This document shows positions 1-57,564 of a stretch of DNA of 64,000 nucleotides, piece by piece (positions within the stretch are counted from its first letter, which is position 1; each line of letters begins with the position of its first letter). The notes beneath the pieces were generated by a model. It searched no databases. It was not told the origin of the DNA and saw only the letters and a program-made list of their open reading frames with translations. The position numbers were made by a program, and so were the translations under genes. Where the stretch lies: the NCBI RefSeq assembly GCF_006345805.1, contig NC_043019.1:14321360-14385359 (forward strand), in the 5' to 3' direction. The stretch is from Octopus sinensis. Lineage: Eukaryota.

Positions 1-234
1 ACTCGCTCACAAATACACACACACACACACACACAAATATCCACACACACAAATATCTACAAACATACACACACACAAATATCCACACACACACATATCC
101 ACACACACACATACTCACAAATATCTATAAACACACACTCACTCACAAATATCCACACACACACGCACCCAAATATACACACACACACACACACACTCAC
201 AAATATCTATATACACACACTCACTCACAAATAT

Positions 235-267
<33 letters not shown>

Positions 268-772
268 TATCCAGACATGCACGCACACACACAAATATCC
301 AGACATGCACACACAAATATCTACACACATACACATGCAAATATCCAGAAACACACATAAATATCCACATATACACACAGACATCCACATACTCAAATTA
401 TCTACACATGCATACACACACATATCCACACACTCACACACAAACTACGTACACATAGATGCACATACCCACATGCAGACACAAAAATCTACACACACAC
501 ACACACATGCAAATATCCACTCACACACACACACACACAGAGTATCTATACGCACATACACACACATATGCAAATATCTACTCACACACATACACACACA
601 CAGAGTATCTATACACACACACACATGCAAATATCCACTCACACACACAGACACAGAGTATCTATACACACATACACATATCTATATGCACACACACACA
701 CACAATATCTACAATCACAGGCACATTTACACACCCACACGCACACACATACATATACCCACGCACCAGCTC
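1..772. repeat. Compound (CA)n microsatellite with recurring AAATATCCAC
   Basis: Visible directly. Confidence 0.9.
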
Positions 773-1246
773 TCTTTTGACTATATAGACATCTTTCTAC
801 CTTTATCTTTTTCTCTCTCTCATCTCACCTTAAACACAAACACAAACAAAATTAAACATAAACCTCAGTAATTAGTCTGTTCTTCTCAATAATATTTGCA
901 CTGTTTATTGTTTATGTCTGAGATTATCATCATTTTTAATTTCCTTTTGAAAAGAAAAACAAACAACTTCTTTTAGGAAAACTAAAACATGATAGGGTAT
1001 TTTTTTTTTTTTTTTTTTTGGTTTGGGATTGTTTTGTTTTTTTTCTCTGAAATATTTTGCATTATTCATGAATTGAAAAATAATGTAAAAAAAAAATATA
1101 AAAATAACGATAAAAATTAACTGGTTTACTGCACTAACAGACTCTGCACAACTAAATTCGTCTTTCCATTGCTAAAATGACAATATATAACTACGAAGAT
1201 AAGTAATGGCGGTATGAACTACTGCTACTGAGATGATGATGACCAT

Positions 1247-1281
<35 letters not shown>

Positions 1282-1969
1282 TAGAAGTACTACTAATAAT
1301 AATGATTTCTTTCATTGGCAGAAAGCCACAGATTCTTGTACAGGGAAGGATGTAATCAATTCTAAATTGACTCCGGTACTTGTTTGAAACTAATTTCATC
1401 AACCTTGACATGTTTGAACTTTAAGGGTTAAATTAGAAATTTAGTGATACTAGTCAAATACTAGTGGGGTTAGAATTCAACGAAATACACCCCTTTTCGT
1501 AAACTCTGCAAGTCTTCTGCCAAAATTATTATTATTATTATTATTATCAAAGCAGCAAGGAGGCAGAATCATTTGCAGGGGGGACAAAATGCCCAACAGC
1601 AGCAGTTCTTCCGACTCTTCATGTTCTGAGTTTAAATTCCGTCAAGGTCAACTTTGCCTTTCATTTTTTGGGGATGGGGGTCGATAAAATAAATTCCACT
1701 CAAGCATTGGGCGGGAGTGGGGTTGATGTAATCCACTGGTCCCCCTCCCCTCAAAATAGCTGGCCATGCATCAAAATATGAAAGAATTATTACTGTTGTT
1801 ATTATTATTATTATCATCTAAATTTATATTGCAGATCTTTGTTTTTTTTTTGTGTGTTTTTTTTTGGTCCATTACAGATTGCTTAAATGTGAAAAAAACT
1901 GGCAACATCCAAATATTCCTCCATCTTGCAAAAAAAAAAAGTCAATAATTTTTCTTGTTCTATTTCCAG

Positions 1970-45932
<43,963 letters not shown>

Positions 45933-46884
45933 GGACAGGAATGGTGTCCTGCAACGACCTGGAGACTGGAACTGCATCTGCTTCACTGAAGAAGGAGTAC
46001 AGAAGGAAAGAATAAATAAAAGAATGAATGAAAAAAAAAACAAGAAAATACCAACAGAAACTAATTGCTATGGGTCTATGAATTTTATTGGTGTTGTCTG
46101 ACTGAAGACTACTGTGTATGAAAATGTCTACAGTTTGATCTGTAACATATCTAACATGTATATTTTCAGACGAACACAGATTGCAAGAAAGCTGACCAAC
46201 TGCTCTTCGTCAATTGCTCATATGCACGCACACTCTTTACACACATCCAAACACACTCTTTACACACACACACACATTCCCACACATTCACATGTGCGCA
46301 CACATACACCAATTTTCATTCCAATCTGCTCAAATTCCTGTTGTTACTTTCCTCTAGAAGAATGATGAAAGTGATATTAAGATTTTTGTTGGGGTTTTTT
46401 TTTTTTTTTTAATTATCAAAAAAAAATAATGAGTGGGAACAAAAGATTAAAAAAAAAATAAATAAATGAAGATTAAATTACCTCAATGATTTCCAAAGAC
46501 ATATTCTTCAAGAAAACTCCAAAATTCTACTGCAGAATATAATGTGTCATTGCGTTATCTCACATTTTGGCTGTGGTTGTGAAATTCCAGATTTTTTTTT
46601 TTTTATATGGAAGGATTTTTGTTACTTTTACTTTTGTTTTTTTTTATGTTCTTTGATATTCCACTCCATCCCCTTTACCGTTCCGTTCTACATTTCCTAT
46701 GTGTGTATGTATGTATATAAAATTTAATAACAATCAAACAAAGAGGGTCATACAACTCTGGGTTTCGCGTGAGGCTGATAGTCATGATGTACAGTTGTCA
46801 GATGTGCACGCTTTGGATGCAGGATGCACACTGCACACGTGGTTGCAGAATAAGTTGTCATATATATATATATATATATATATT

Positions 46885-47080
46885 TATTACAAATAAGAAA
46901 ATGGAGAAACACATTAGTTGGTTCATCAACTTTAGGATATTAGAATGTTGTCTTATTTAATTAACAAAACTACAACCATGTTATTATGGTTATAGTTTTG
47001 TTAATTAAATAAATCAACATTCAAATATCCTAAAGTTGATGAACCAACTAATGTGTTTCTCCATTTTCTTATTTGTAATA
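46885..47080. repeat. 95-bp inverted repeat with 6-nt loop
   Basis: Arms 46885-46979 and 46986-47080, 4 mismatches. Confidence 0.95.
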
Positions 47081-47925
47081 CAAATTAATGGTAAAATATT
47101 TCTTTACCTTCACCCATTTAATACAATAAGTAAGTTTATTGCATTGCAATTAAAAACACTTGTGTGTTAATAATTGGGTAGTATACCAACAGGATCCACA
47201 ACCCCTAACTTATTTGGTATATATATATATGTATATATATATATAAGTGTGTGTGTATGTGTATAATATATATATATATATAAAGAGGGTGAGAGAGGGA
47301 GGAAAGGAAGGAGATAGAAATGCATACCTGTACACTTTATCTAAAATAACCATAGCTCGAAAAACGTACACATTAAGATTCGTTAGAAACACTCACATAT
47401 GAGTCTGAAGCTTCTACATTACATAAATCTATAGTTTATTTTAATGTGAGATAGCAACACACACACACATACACCCATATATACAAACATAGTGATCCTG
47501 GGTTGGGGACGTCAAAAGTAAAGACCACCCTTATACACTGGGAAGATTATTTTCAATACAGAATAATATCGTAAAAATCTGAGAACAGAAAAAGTAACAA
47601 TTAGTTTCAGATTGGAAATTTTCTTCACAAAATATTTACTGAAATTATTTTGCAACCTTCATCAAGCCACAAAAATCAGTCCATTTTGATCCAGGATTTT
47701 TACATATCATTTCTCATTTCCTGATAGCCGTAATGGTTATTTTGAAAGGCTGTGGTTCAAAATGGAGTGGTTTCGTGACTTGAAGAAGGTCTAAAATATT
47801 TTGTGTAAGAGTTTCTGAAAGAAATTTTGGATGTGAAACAAGTTGTTGCCGTCTTCCTATTCAATGATTTTTAATATAGTTTTCTGGATCAATCAGACAC
47901 ACACAGAAGTATGTGTGTTTATCTA

Positions 47926-47960
<35 letters not shown>

Positions 47961-48882
47961 GAGACAGACAGTGAGAGATACAAATAATGTGTCAGTGTGT
48001 GTATATAAATATGTATATATTCATATATCATATACACACCTACTATACTTACTAATTCTGTTAATGAATTACTTGCCATGTTTTTACTAAATTGCTGCTC
48101 AATATATCTAGTCTTTGGTGGTGGTCATTTTGAGATATTTTATTTCCAGCTCCTACTGTTCTTTGCCATCTGCTACCTCTTCTCCTTCTCTGCTCTGTTG
48201 GCTTAGACTAGTGGCTATCACTACAGAACAGGGACAACAATACAACTGTTTATAAATGATACCGGTGGTAAAGTTTTCTCATAAATCGCAAATATGTAAT
48301 ATATAAAGCACTGTTAAAAGATCCTTAAAATACTATCTATAATTAATTGAGTAATTAATTAATTGGTTATGAGAGCAGAGGAGACAAATTAATAATATCA
48401 TGTTGAAATTTATAATTTTAACATTATAGCATTTTATTGTTTTTTTTAAAGTATTAAAAATAAAAAGTTATAAATTAATATTTGTTAATAATAATAATAA
48501 TTTGATAACATATTTTAATTTTATTTATTTCTTAACATAGTTACTACTAATTGAATTGTATTAATTTATTCTAATTAAGTTTCACAAGGCAATTGCTTGT
48601 TTATCTATTAATTTTGTATGTATATATTTAGCGGACGCTAAATGATGATGATGATGATATATATATATATAGTCATCATTTAACATCCATCTTCCATGCT
48701 GGCATGGGTATATATATATATGTTTATTTATTCTTACGTATTCAGATGTTGATTGTGATTTTATGCAAGATATATACACACACACACACACACACACATA
48801 CATGAGCTAGAATATTTTTAATCTTTAACAAGATTAATTTTAAGAACCATGAATAGAATTTTGAGTTCATTGCATCAATGCA

Positions 48883-48922
<40 letters not shown>

Positions 48923-49098
48923 AAATAAGAAAATGGAAGAATACACCTTAATCAATAATCAACTACCAGATAATACCCATTCACATAATTTATTAACCAA
49001 CTACATATGAACATCAAGGTCAAACAAAACAGTGCACATCAATGAGTAATATGATACAGTAAGTACAATATGTATGAATAAATATAAATATAAATTAT

Positions 49099-49225
49099 AT
49101 CTTACAACTGTTTCAGCCATGTAGATATGAGTATCTCATTATGCTCATATTAGCCAGGTGTGATAGGTTAATATGTGGTTATAAATGAGACACTTACAAA
49201 TATATCCCAAGGCCTCTTCAGAGAT
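49099..49225 (-). ncRNA. Penelope-type minimal HHR with long stem II insert
   Basis: Minus strand ATCT-CTGAAGA-GGCC-(~92 nt)-GGCT-GAAA-C-AGTT-G-TA-AGAT. Confidence 0.6.
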
Positions 49226-51770
49226 TATAAAGTACAATCAAATATGAATATCAGAGAAGGTACACCCATATATATATACTTAGATATGTTTCGGCCCAGG
49301 TCATGTCATATATATATATATATAGAGAGAGAGTGAGTGTGTGTGTGTGTTATCTAAAACTTGGGAATACACCTGGTAGTATGCCGATTAAAGCATTTTC
49401 GATGTTTATGGCTACCTGAGGTTGTCCGTAGTATTGATATAAATACCACTGAATCTACCTCAGGAATTCCTCTGTGTCCATCGAGTATATAACAAAGAAG
49501 AAAAATAGAAAATTGAATTCACGAGAACCTCGTAAATTCCAATTTCTGCTCTCATTCTGGGGAAATATATATTTGTATATGCACGTACGTATGTGTGTGT
49601 GTGTATATATATATAAAGTTTTAAAAAAACACCTTTTATCAATTCAAAAATGAACAATTAAATTACACAATCTAGAAAATTACATATAATAAAAATGTTA
49701 TTCTACCAATTATATACGTTTTTATTATTTTTTTTTTGCAATTTACTTAATCATTTGTATTTTATTGTTATTTTAATTTTAATATTTCTATAATATATAA
49801 TTTTCTAGAAGGTGTAATTTAATTGTTCATTTTGAATTGATAAAAGGTGGGTTTTTTTCTAACTTTATATATATATATTATATTGTGAAATTTGATTTAG
49901 TATTTCTAAATTGAATTTTTTCCCTGTAAGTTAGGATTAATATTACCTCAAATAATTATTATATATATACGCATACACTATATTCGTTTATGTTATATAC
50001 GCTTATACTCAAACACTCAACATAGTTATGTTAGCGACATTTCCAGCATCGGTTTTTATGCTATCATAAAATATGCATTGACAATTCAAGGGACGCAACC
50101 CATGTTTTTGCATTCACTGCCCTTACTTTTGCACAGTCGTGTTTGCAGACAATCCAAGGGACATCACTTAGATTACTGTAAGTTAAATATGTGTAGGTGT
50201 GTGTGTGTGTGTATGCAGACGTGGCTATCCTGTGATCTCGGGTTCAATCTCACTGCGTGGCACCTCAGATGAGTGTCCTCTGTTGTAGCCTCAGGTTGGC
50301 CAACCAGTCACTTTTGAGGAAAACTGGTAGATGAAAACCGCATGGAATCGCGTCATGTGTGTGTGTGTGTGTAGACGTGACCGTATAAATAAAAAACTTG
50401 TCTCCAAACCCTGTGGTCTTGGGTTCAGTCTCACTGTGTGGTACCTTGGGCAAATATATTCTAGTATTACCCCGGGCCGACCAAGACCTTGTGAGTAGAT
50501 TTCGTAAACAGAAACTGAAAGAAGCCCATCGTGTGTGTATTCTATTGTCTAGACAAGCCTTGATGGTCGTAAACGAGCATCACTGTCATGCAAGCGAGGT
50601 TGTTCATTTCTAGTCCTCTGTGCAAAAATTGTCTTGCTATGAGAGAATATCACCTTGTTTGGAAACAGACGAGGGTTGGCAACAGAAAGAGCACCCACTC
50701 GTAGAATTCTGTCTGAACCATACAAGCATAGAAAAGTGATGTTTAATGATAGGCGCAGGAGTGGCTGTGTGGTAAGTAGCTTGCTAACCAACCACATGGT
50801 TCCGGGTTCAGTCCCACTGTGTGACACCTTGGGCAAGTGTCTTCTACTATAGCCTCGGGCCGACCAAAGCCTTGTGAGTGGATTTGGTAGACGGAAACTG
50901 AAAGAAGCCTGTCATATATATGTATATATATATATATATATGTGTGTGTGTGCGTGTATGTTTGTGTGTCTGTGTTTGCCCCCTAGCATTGCTTGATAAC
51001 CGATGCTGGTGTGTTTATGTCCCCGTCACTTAGCCGTTCGGCAAAAGAGACCGATAGAATAAGTAGTGGGCTTACAAAGAATAAGTCCCGGGGTCGAGTT
51101 GCTTGACTAAAGGCGGTGCTCCAGCATGGCCGCAGTCAACTGACTGAAACCAGTAAAAGAGAGTACATGTGTGAGCTTTAGTACTTACGTTCTTTACTTC
51201 TGATGATAGTGACAATCCATGACTTTCTATCGCCTATCAATAAAATTTTGTAAGATATGCAGAATAAAAAAAAAAAATCTTTTCAAAAACAGATAAAGTT
51301 TAGTGACAGGAAGGGCACCCGGCTGTAAAACAATACCTCAGTAATACATGTCCATCTTACCCTATGCTAGCATGGGAAAAGCAAACACTGAACTGACAAT
51401 TGGTATACATATGGTAGTATCAAACAGTATGAATGAGTGTCGAATACGGAAGTTGTTGGATAAATATTTTCCATTTGTATATTGTGTGTCTATGGATGCA
51501 TGTTTGTGTGTGTATAAATAAATGTGCATATATATATATATATATATATGAGGAGGTGGTGCTGTAGAGTTCCTGGTTCTAAGGGTATCGTGAAAGGCCT
51601 GCTTAGAGGCCAAACCTTCCTAGTTCTTTTACAGGGCTTAGACAAACTGAAGGACCGCTGTAATAAGCGAATCTAAAAGGGTAATATGTTAAATAAAATC
51701 ATAATTAACTGGTCCCCTTCTATTTTCTTTCACCCAAAACCAGGAACTTTTCAGCAACCCCTTGTGTGTG

Positions 51771-51802
<32 letters not shown>

Positions 51803-54246
51803 TAAGTACATATATATATATATATATATACATACACAGTAGGCGCGGGCATGGCTGTGTGGTTAGGGAGCTTGCTTCCTAGCTACATGGTTTTGGGTTC
51901 AGTCCCACTGCGTGGCACTTTGGGTACGTGTCTTCCTCTATAGCCCCGAGCAGACCGAAGCTTTGTGACACACACATACTAAATTATGTAAATATAAATA
52001 TATATTCATATAACTTTATATGTGTATATAAATGACAACAATGTTATTATTTCATACATCAAGGATAGCTGTAACAGTTTCACAATATCTCAATATTTCT
52101 GCTAAATATATTCACCGTGATACATGTAGGTTATATAAATCTATTACCACCTTCCAATATTGTGTTTCTGTTCAAAAACCCGGTTGTTTAGTGAAACTAT
52201 TATTATTATTATTATTATGCAGGTCTGTTATTTCTATCACTGTTTCCTAGGGTGATTTTTAAAAAAAAAACTCGTTACAGTTCTGCAACCACAATTAAGG
52301 GTTTAAGCTTAATTCTAGAGGTCGCCCGAACTACATACATCTGTGATGACAAGGTATGATATCACTGGCTTGATATCACCTCTGTAATACAAGATTTTCT
52401 TGTTCTTTCGTTCCAGTCTTTAAACCTCAAAAGAAAACAGATTCATGCTGTTTCACTTATAACTGTTCCTGCATTTTTCCCCTGCTTCTAGAGTGTGATT
52501 TAAGGGAGAGTTAGTAGCTATTTCTAACAAGTCAAACTAACCTTTAAATTCTCTGTTTGACAAAAGCTTGGGTGGGTGGTGTTGTTCTTGTTGTTCTTAT
52601 TAATAAGGTGGCAAAATGGCAGAATCGTTAGAATCCCAGGCAAAATGTTTAGCAGTATTTCGGCCGTCTTTACTTTCTGAGTTCAAATTCTGCTGTGGTC
52701 GACTTAACCTTTCATCCTTTCAGGGTCAATAAATTAAGGACCAGTGAAACACTGGGGTTCATAAAATCGATTCCACCCCTCCCCCCTCAAATTCCAGGCC
52801 TTGTGCTTATAGTAGAAAGGATTATTATTATTATTATTAAGGCAGTGAGCTGGCAGAATTGTTAGCACACCAGGCAAAATGCTTACCTTGTCTGCTGCTA
52901 CATTCTGAGTTCAAATTCCACTGAGGTCAATTCGCCTTTCATCCTTCTGGAGTCAATGTAATCGATTATTCCCCTCCTCAAAATTCTTGGCCTTGTGCCT
53001 ATAATAGAAAAGATTATTATTATTATTATTATTATGTTGAGGTTGGTGCATACGCACTAACTTTTGTTATGTGTTGATTATTTTTTTTTTTTTTTTTTTT
53101 TTTCCTTCCTGACAAATTACAAAAATCTTCTTGAAATTAGCATTAATAAACAAATTTAATTTTTTTAATTTTGAAATTATAACTGCTACATGCAGGTGAT
53201 TCGCACAATAATTTCTTACCCGTACCTAAGCAGTGGACACATTTTATTCTCCTTTGAAAAAAAAAAAAAATATATATATATATATATCTATATATATATG
53301 AATAAAATACCTTCAATCAAATATTAAAGATTCCATTATGCATCAATTCCTTCTTAAATATTTTTTCAGGGAGGAATTACGAGCTCCCTTTGATACCAAC
53401 ATAAATTTTTATTGCAGACGATAAGGGACAAGGTTACAGTTTGAAAGACAATCAAAGTTATCAAAATTTTGGAAAATATTCATCAATAATGATGGACACA
53501 CAGATGCCCAACATTATTGTTTCATGAAGTTTTACTGAAAAATTTTGTTGAAAAAACATGCAATTTCAGAATTTGTTTCACAAACAAACATGCTTTTTTT
53601 TTTTTTTTTTTTTTCCATTAGTGATATCTAGAGCAATAACACACACACATGTGTGTGTCTCAGTGTGTGTATGTATGTATGTATGTGCGTGTGTGAGTGA
53701 AAATAAAGAAAAGGTTATTAAGAATTCCACACCTGTCTCAGAACAAGAAAAGGAAAAATTACGGAAAAACCCAAAGAAAATTTTAAAAAATAAAAAAAAA
53801 CGGCAAATGTTCTGACAAAAATGTGAAGTAGATGGTCAAACCTAAAGCTCTATATAAAAAAAAATACCATTGACTTTACCACATTTTCCTTCTCGCCCAC
53901 CTTTCCCTTTAATCTGCTCTTACCATTGGACGACGAACCGACCAATCATTTCCTTTGTTTAAATTTCAAAATAAATTGCAAAAACCAATGGAAAAGAAAA
54001 ATACACTCTTTCTTTCCTAAGTGAGATTTAGATTCCTTTTTTTCTCATTTTAGATAATGGTGGCACATTTGGAAAAAAATATTTAAAATTTTTAAAAAAA
54101 CTTGCTATAAATTTACTCCAATTTCTGAAAATCACCCAGGGCAACCAACACCCAACGTTCATAGAATTCTTCACTGTTACTATAACGATATATATATATA
54201 TATATACACACATATATATATAGATAAATACAGATACATATATATA

Positions 54247-55849
54247 TCTCTTATTATAAAAGGCAGATTTTATCTGCCTCCCTTTGGGAGTTATACAAAT
54301 CTACAATATAGGATTTCTTCAATTACAATTTACCTGGCAGTTTTAAGAGTACAATGCGTCGCGTCATGCCAGGTCCAGTTTTTAAAATTTAAACTCCAAT
54401 TAAGCAAAATTTACAGAAAACTCACATTCTGGTGTGTGTGTCAAATGCTTTTCTTAGTCTGGTTTACACCACACGCAAACGCACACACACACAAAGGGAG
54501 CGAAGTGTTTCACTGACGCTATCACCCTTCTCCTCCTTTGTCTTTGCAAGTTGGCAGCTATTAAAGTGAAAACAGTAAATCCGACAGCGATTAAGAACAC
54601 GAATTAGCACCTGAATGGAGTGAAAATTTAAAAACTGTTTCTTTCGGTGATTTTTCTGAAGAAACTGGACCAAGCCACAGACTTTCCCAGAAGAGTAAAG
54701 CCTTAGACTATTTCTATTTACTTTTTCGAATGAGCCTATTTGAAATCATTACGCTAAACGTAAACAAACCGAAAGAAAGGATAGTTTGTTATTTCCCACA
54801 ACCTTAAATGAAATTAAGGCCTATTTTGCCATAAATATTATTATGGGTATCAGAAAGTTACCCAGAATAACAAATTCTATCGTAAAATTTTGTGTATACC
54901 CAATTGAATATTAGCTAATAACCCATTTTCTATAGCGATGTTTGAACAAAATTTTAATAATTTTACAGAAAGTTACCCAGAATAACAAATTCTATCGTAA
55001 AATTTTGTTGTATACCCAATTGAATATTAGCTAATAACCCATTTTCTATAGCGATGTTTGAACAAAATTTTAATAATTTTACAGAAAGTTACCCAGAATA
55101 ACAAATTCTATCGTAAAATTTTGTTGTATACCCAATTGAATATTAGCTAATAACCCATTTTCTATAGCGATGTTTGAACAAAATTTTAATAATTTTACAG
55201 AAAGTTACCCAGAATAACAAATTCTATCGTAAAATTTTGTTGTATACCCAATTGAATATTAGCTAATAACCCATTTTCTATAGCGATGTTTGAACAAAAT
55301 TTTAATAATTTTACAGAAAGTTACCCAGAATAACAAATTCTATCGTAAAATTTTGTTGTATACCCAATTGAATATTAGCTAATAACCCATTTTCTATAGC
55401 GATGTTTGAACAAAATTTTAATAATTTTACAGAAAGTTACCCAGAATAACAAATTCTATCGTAAAATTTTCTTGTATACCCAATTGAATATTAGCTAATA
55501 ACCCATTTTCTATAGCGATGTTTGAACAAAATTTTAATAATTTTACAGAAAGTTACCCAGAATAACAAACGAGCCCTTCAGGGTATTAGCGCGCGTCTAC
55601 GATGAGTCTACGATTTAAAAAAAAATTACCATCATATTTTTCCATTTTAATGCATTTTTTTCGCTTTTATATAAGGGAAGTAACTCTCTAAAAATATTTA
55701 CGATGTGTCAACGATTTAAAGAAAAATTTACCTTAATTTTTTTTCAATTTTTAATGCATTTTTTTGCTATTTTTTGGCTATAACTCTCTAAAAATGCTTA
55801 TATAGTTATTTCCCTTACAAACCCGAGCAACGCCGGGCGATACTGCTAG
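54247..55849 (+). mobile_element. Non-autonomous Helitron-like element with internal satellite
   Basis: A|TC start (TCTCTTATTATAAAAG), 3' hairpin CCCG-AGCAACGC-CGGG then CTAG|T, no TSD. Confidence 0.8.
54851..55569. repeat. 116-bp tandem repeat, 6 full units + partial
   Basis: Unit starts CAGAAAGTTACCCAG at 54851, 54966, 55082, 55198, 55314, 55430, 55546. Confidence 0.95.
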
Positions 55850-56572
55850 TATATAGATAAATACAGATATAAATATATATATATACATACACATACATAC
55901 ACACACACATATATATATATAGAGAGAGATAAATACAGATATATATATTTATATATATATACATACACACACATATACATACACACACATATACACACAC
56001 ACAAATATATACATACACACACAAATATATACATACACACACACACATATATAGATATATATATATTTAGATGCAGGAGAGACTATGTTGTAGGAGGTTT
56101 GCTTCCCAACCACATGGTTCTGGGTTCAGTCCCACTGTGTGGCACCTTGGGCAAGTGTCTTTTACTATAGACTTGGACTGACCAGAGCCTTAGGAGTAGA
56201 TTTGGTAGACGGAAACTGAAAGAAGCCCAAAGTATGTATGTATATATATGTATGTGTGTGTGTGCATGTGTCTGTGTTTGTTCCACACCACTGCTCAACA
56301 ACCAGTGTTGGTGTGTTTATGTCCCCATAATTTAGTGATTCAGCAAAAGTGACCGATAGAATAAGTACTCAGCTTTAAAAAAATGAAAACGTACTGGGGT
56401 TAAGGCATTCGACTAAAAATTTTCCAAGGCAGTGCTCCAGCATGGCCTCACACCTTAATGACTGAAACAAGTAAAAGAATACAGAAATATGTATGTTTGT
56501 TTGTATATTACTTTAACAGCTTGAATTTTAAATTGAATCCCTTTCATTTGATGATATATGAGGGTAGAGAAG

Positions 56573-56985
56573 GCGGCGAGCTGGCAGAATCGTTAGCACG
56601 CCGGGCAAAATGCGAAGCCGTATTTCGTCTGCCGTTACGTTCAGAGTTCAAATTCCGCCAAGGTCGACTTTGCCTTTCATCCTTTCGGGGTCGATTAAAT
56701 AAGTACCAGTTACACACTGGGGCCAATATAATCGACTTAAAATCATTTATCCTTGTTTGTCCTCTATGTGTTTAGCCCCTTGTGGGTAGTAAAGAAATAG
56801 AACGTAGCGGCAGACGAAATACCCGAGTTCAAATTCCGCCGAGGTCGACTTTGCCTTTCATCCTTTCGGGGTCGATTAAATAAGTACCAGTTACGCACTG
56901 GGGTCGATATAATCGACATAATCCGTTTGTCTGTCCTTGTTTGTCCCCTCTGTGTTTAGCCCCTTGTGGGTAATAAAGAAATAGA
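56573..56985 (+). mobile_element. SINE family C with MetaSINE-like central domain (other copies ~4270-4600, 5170-5335, 29985-30210, 33660-34050, 34200-34600, 36440-36665, 40995-41220, 41695-42210, 42790-43195, 52605-53015)
   Basis: Recurring GAGTTCAAATTCCGCCGAGGTCGACTTTGCCTTTCATCCTTTCGGGGTCGATTAAATAAGTACCAG; domain name assigned from memory. Confidence 0.75.
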
Positions 56986-57244
56986 TATATGAGTGTAGAG
57001 TTGCACGTGTGTGTGTGTGTGTGTGTGACTGCTTCCAGGCTCACTGTGGTGAGAGGAGCATGTGTGCAAGTGACCAAAGAGTATTGCGTGTAATCTGAGC
57101 AAGGCCATCTTGATCAATATGTATGAGTGAGTGAAGATATCTGGTTTAGCGGTTAAGGTATTTATTTGGCTTATGACTGTGAGGTCTCTTGACTTCAATT
57201 TCTGGCTGTATACTGTGTCCTTGAGCAAGACACTTTATTTCACA

Positions 57245-57564
57245 CTAGCAGTATCGCCCGGTGTTGCTCGGATTTGTTTCGACCCTTTAGAATTGGAATT
57301 TTCGAAAAGCAAAAATTCTGCATTATGTAGCTTGTTATTGTCTTAAAGTGAACATTTTTCCGGTTGAAATACACCAAAAAAAAAAAAGCAACACAGCAGT
57401 CAAAAAAAATCGTAAAAAATGGGGATTTTCATAGAAAAAAGCACCTTTTTGATGTAAATAATTTTTGGTGTTAACATAGTCCGATTTGAATTGTATCTTC
57501 TACTGAATGAAAAGCAAGCCTTCCATCATACTCTCAATTTTGGCCAACTTGCGTCGCAGGGTCT
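57245..57564 (-). mobile_element. Helitron-like element (minus) abutting mariner TIR
   Basis: A|CTAGCAGTATCGCCCGGTGTTGCTCGG; body homologous to 32968-33270. Confidence 0.7.

Noticed and set aside
139-871. Long His/Thr- and Cys/Val-rich ORFs
   Set aside because: Translations of a (CA)n compound microsatellite.
46102-46135. CTGAAGA...GAAA HHR-like string in the 3' UTR
   Set aside because: Stem II is marginal and stems I and III do not pair; likely chance.
47730-47800. Possible exon RNGYFERLWFKMEWFRDLKK
   Set aside because: No partner exons or recognisable homology.
51585-51620. TGAAAGGCC-TGCTTAGA-GGCCAAAC HHR-like string
   Set aside because: Both conserved core segments are broken.
54851-55569. 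CRISPR-like regular array
   Set aside because: Units are contiguous with no unique spacers, no cas genes, eukaryotic context.
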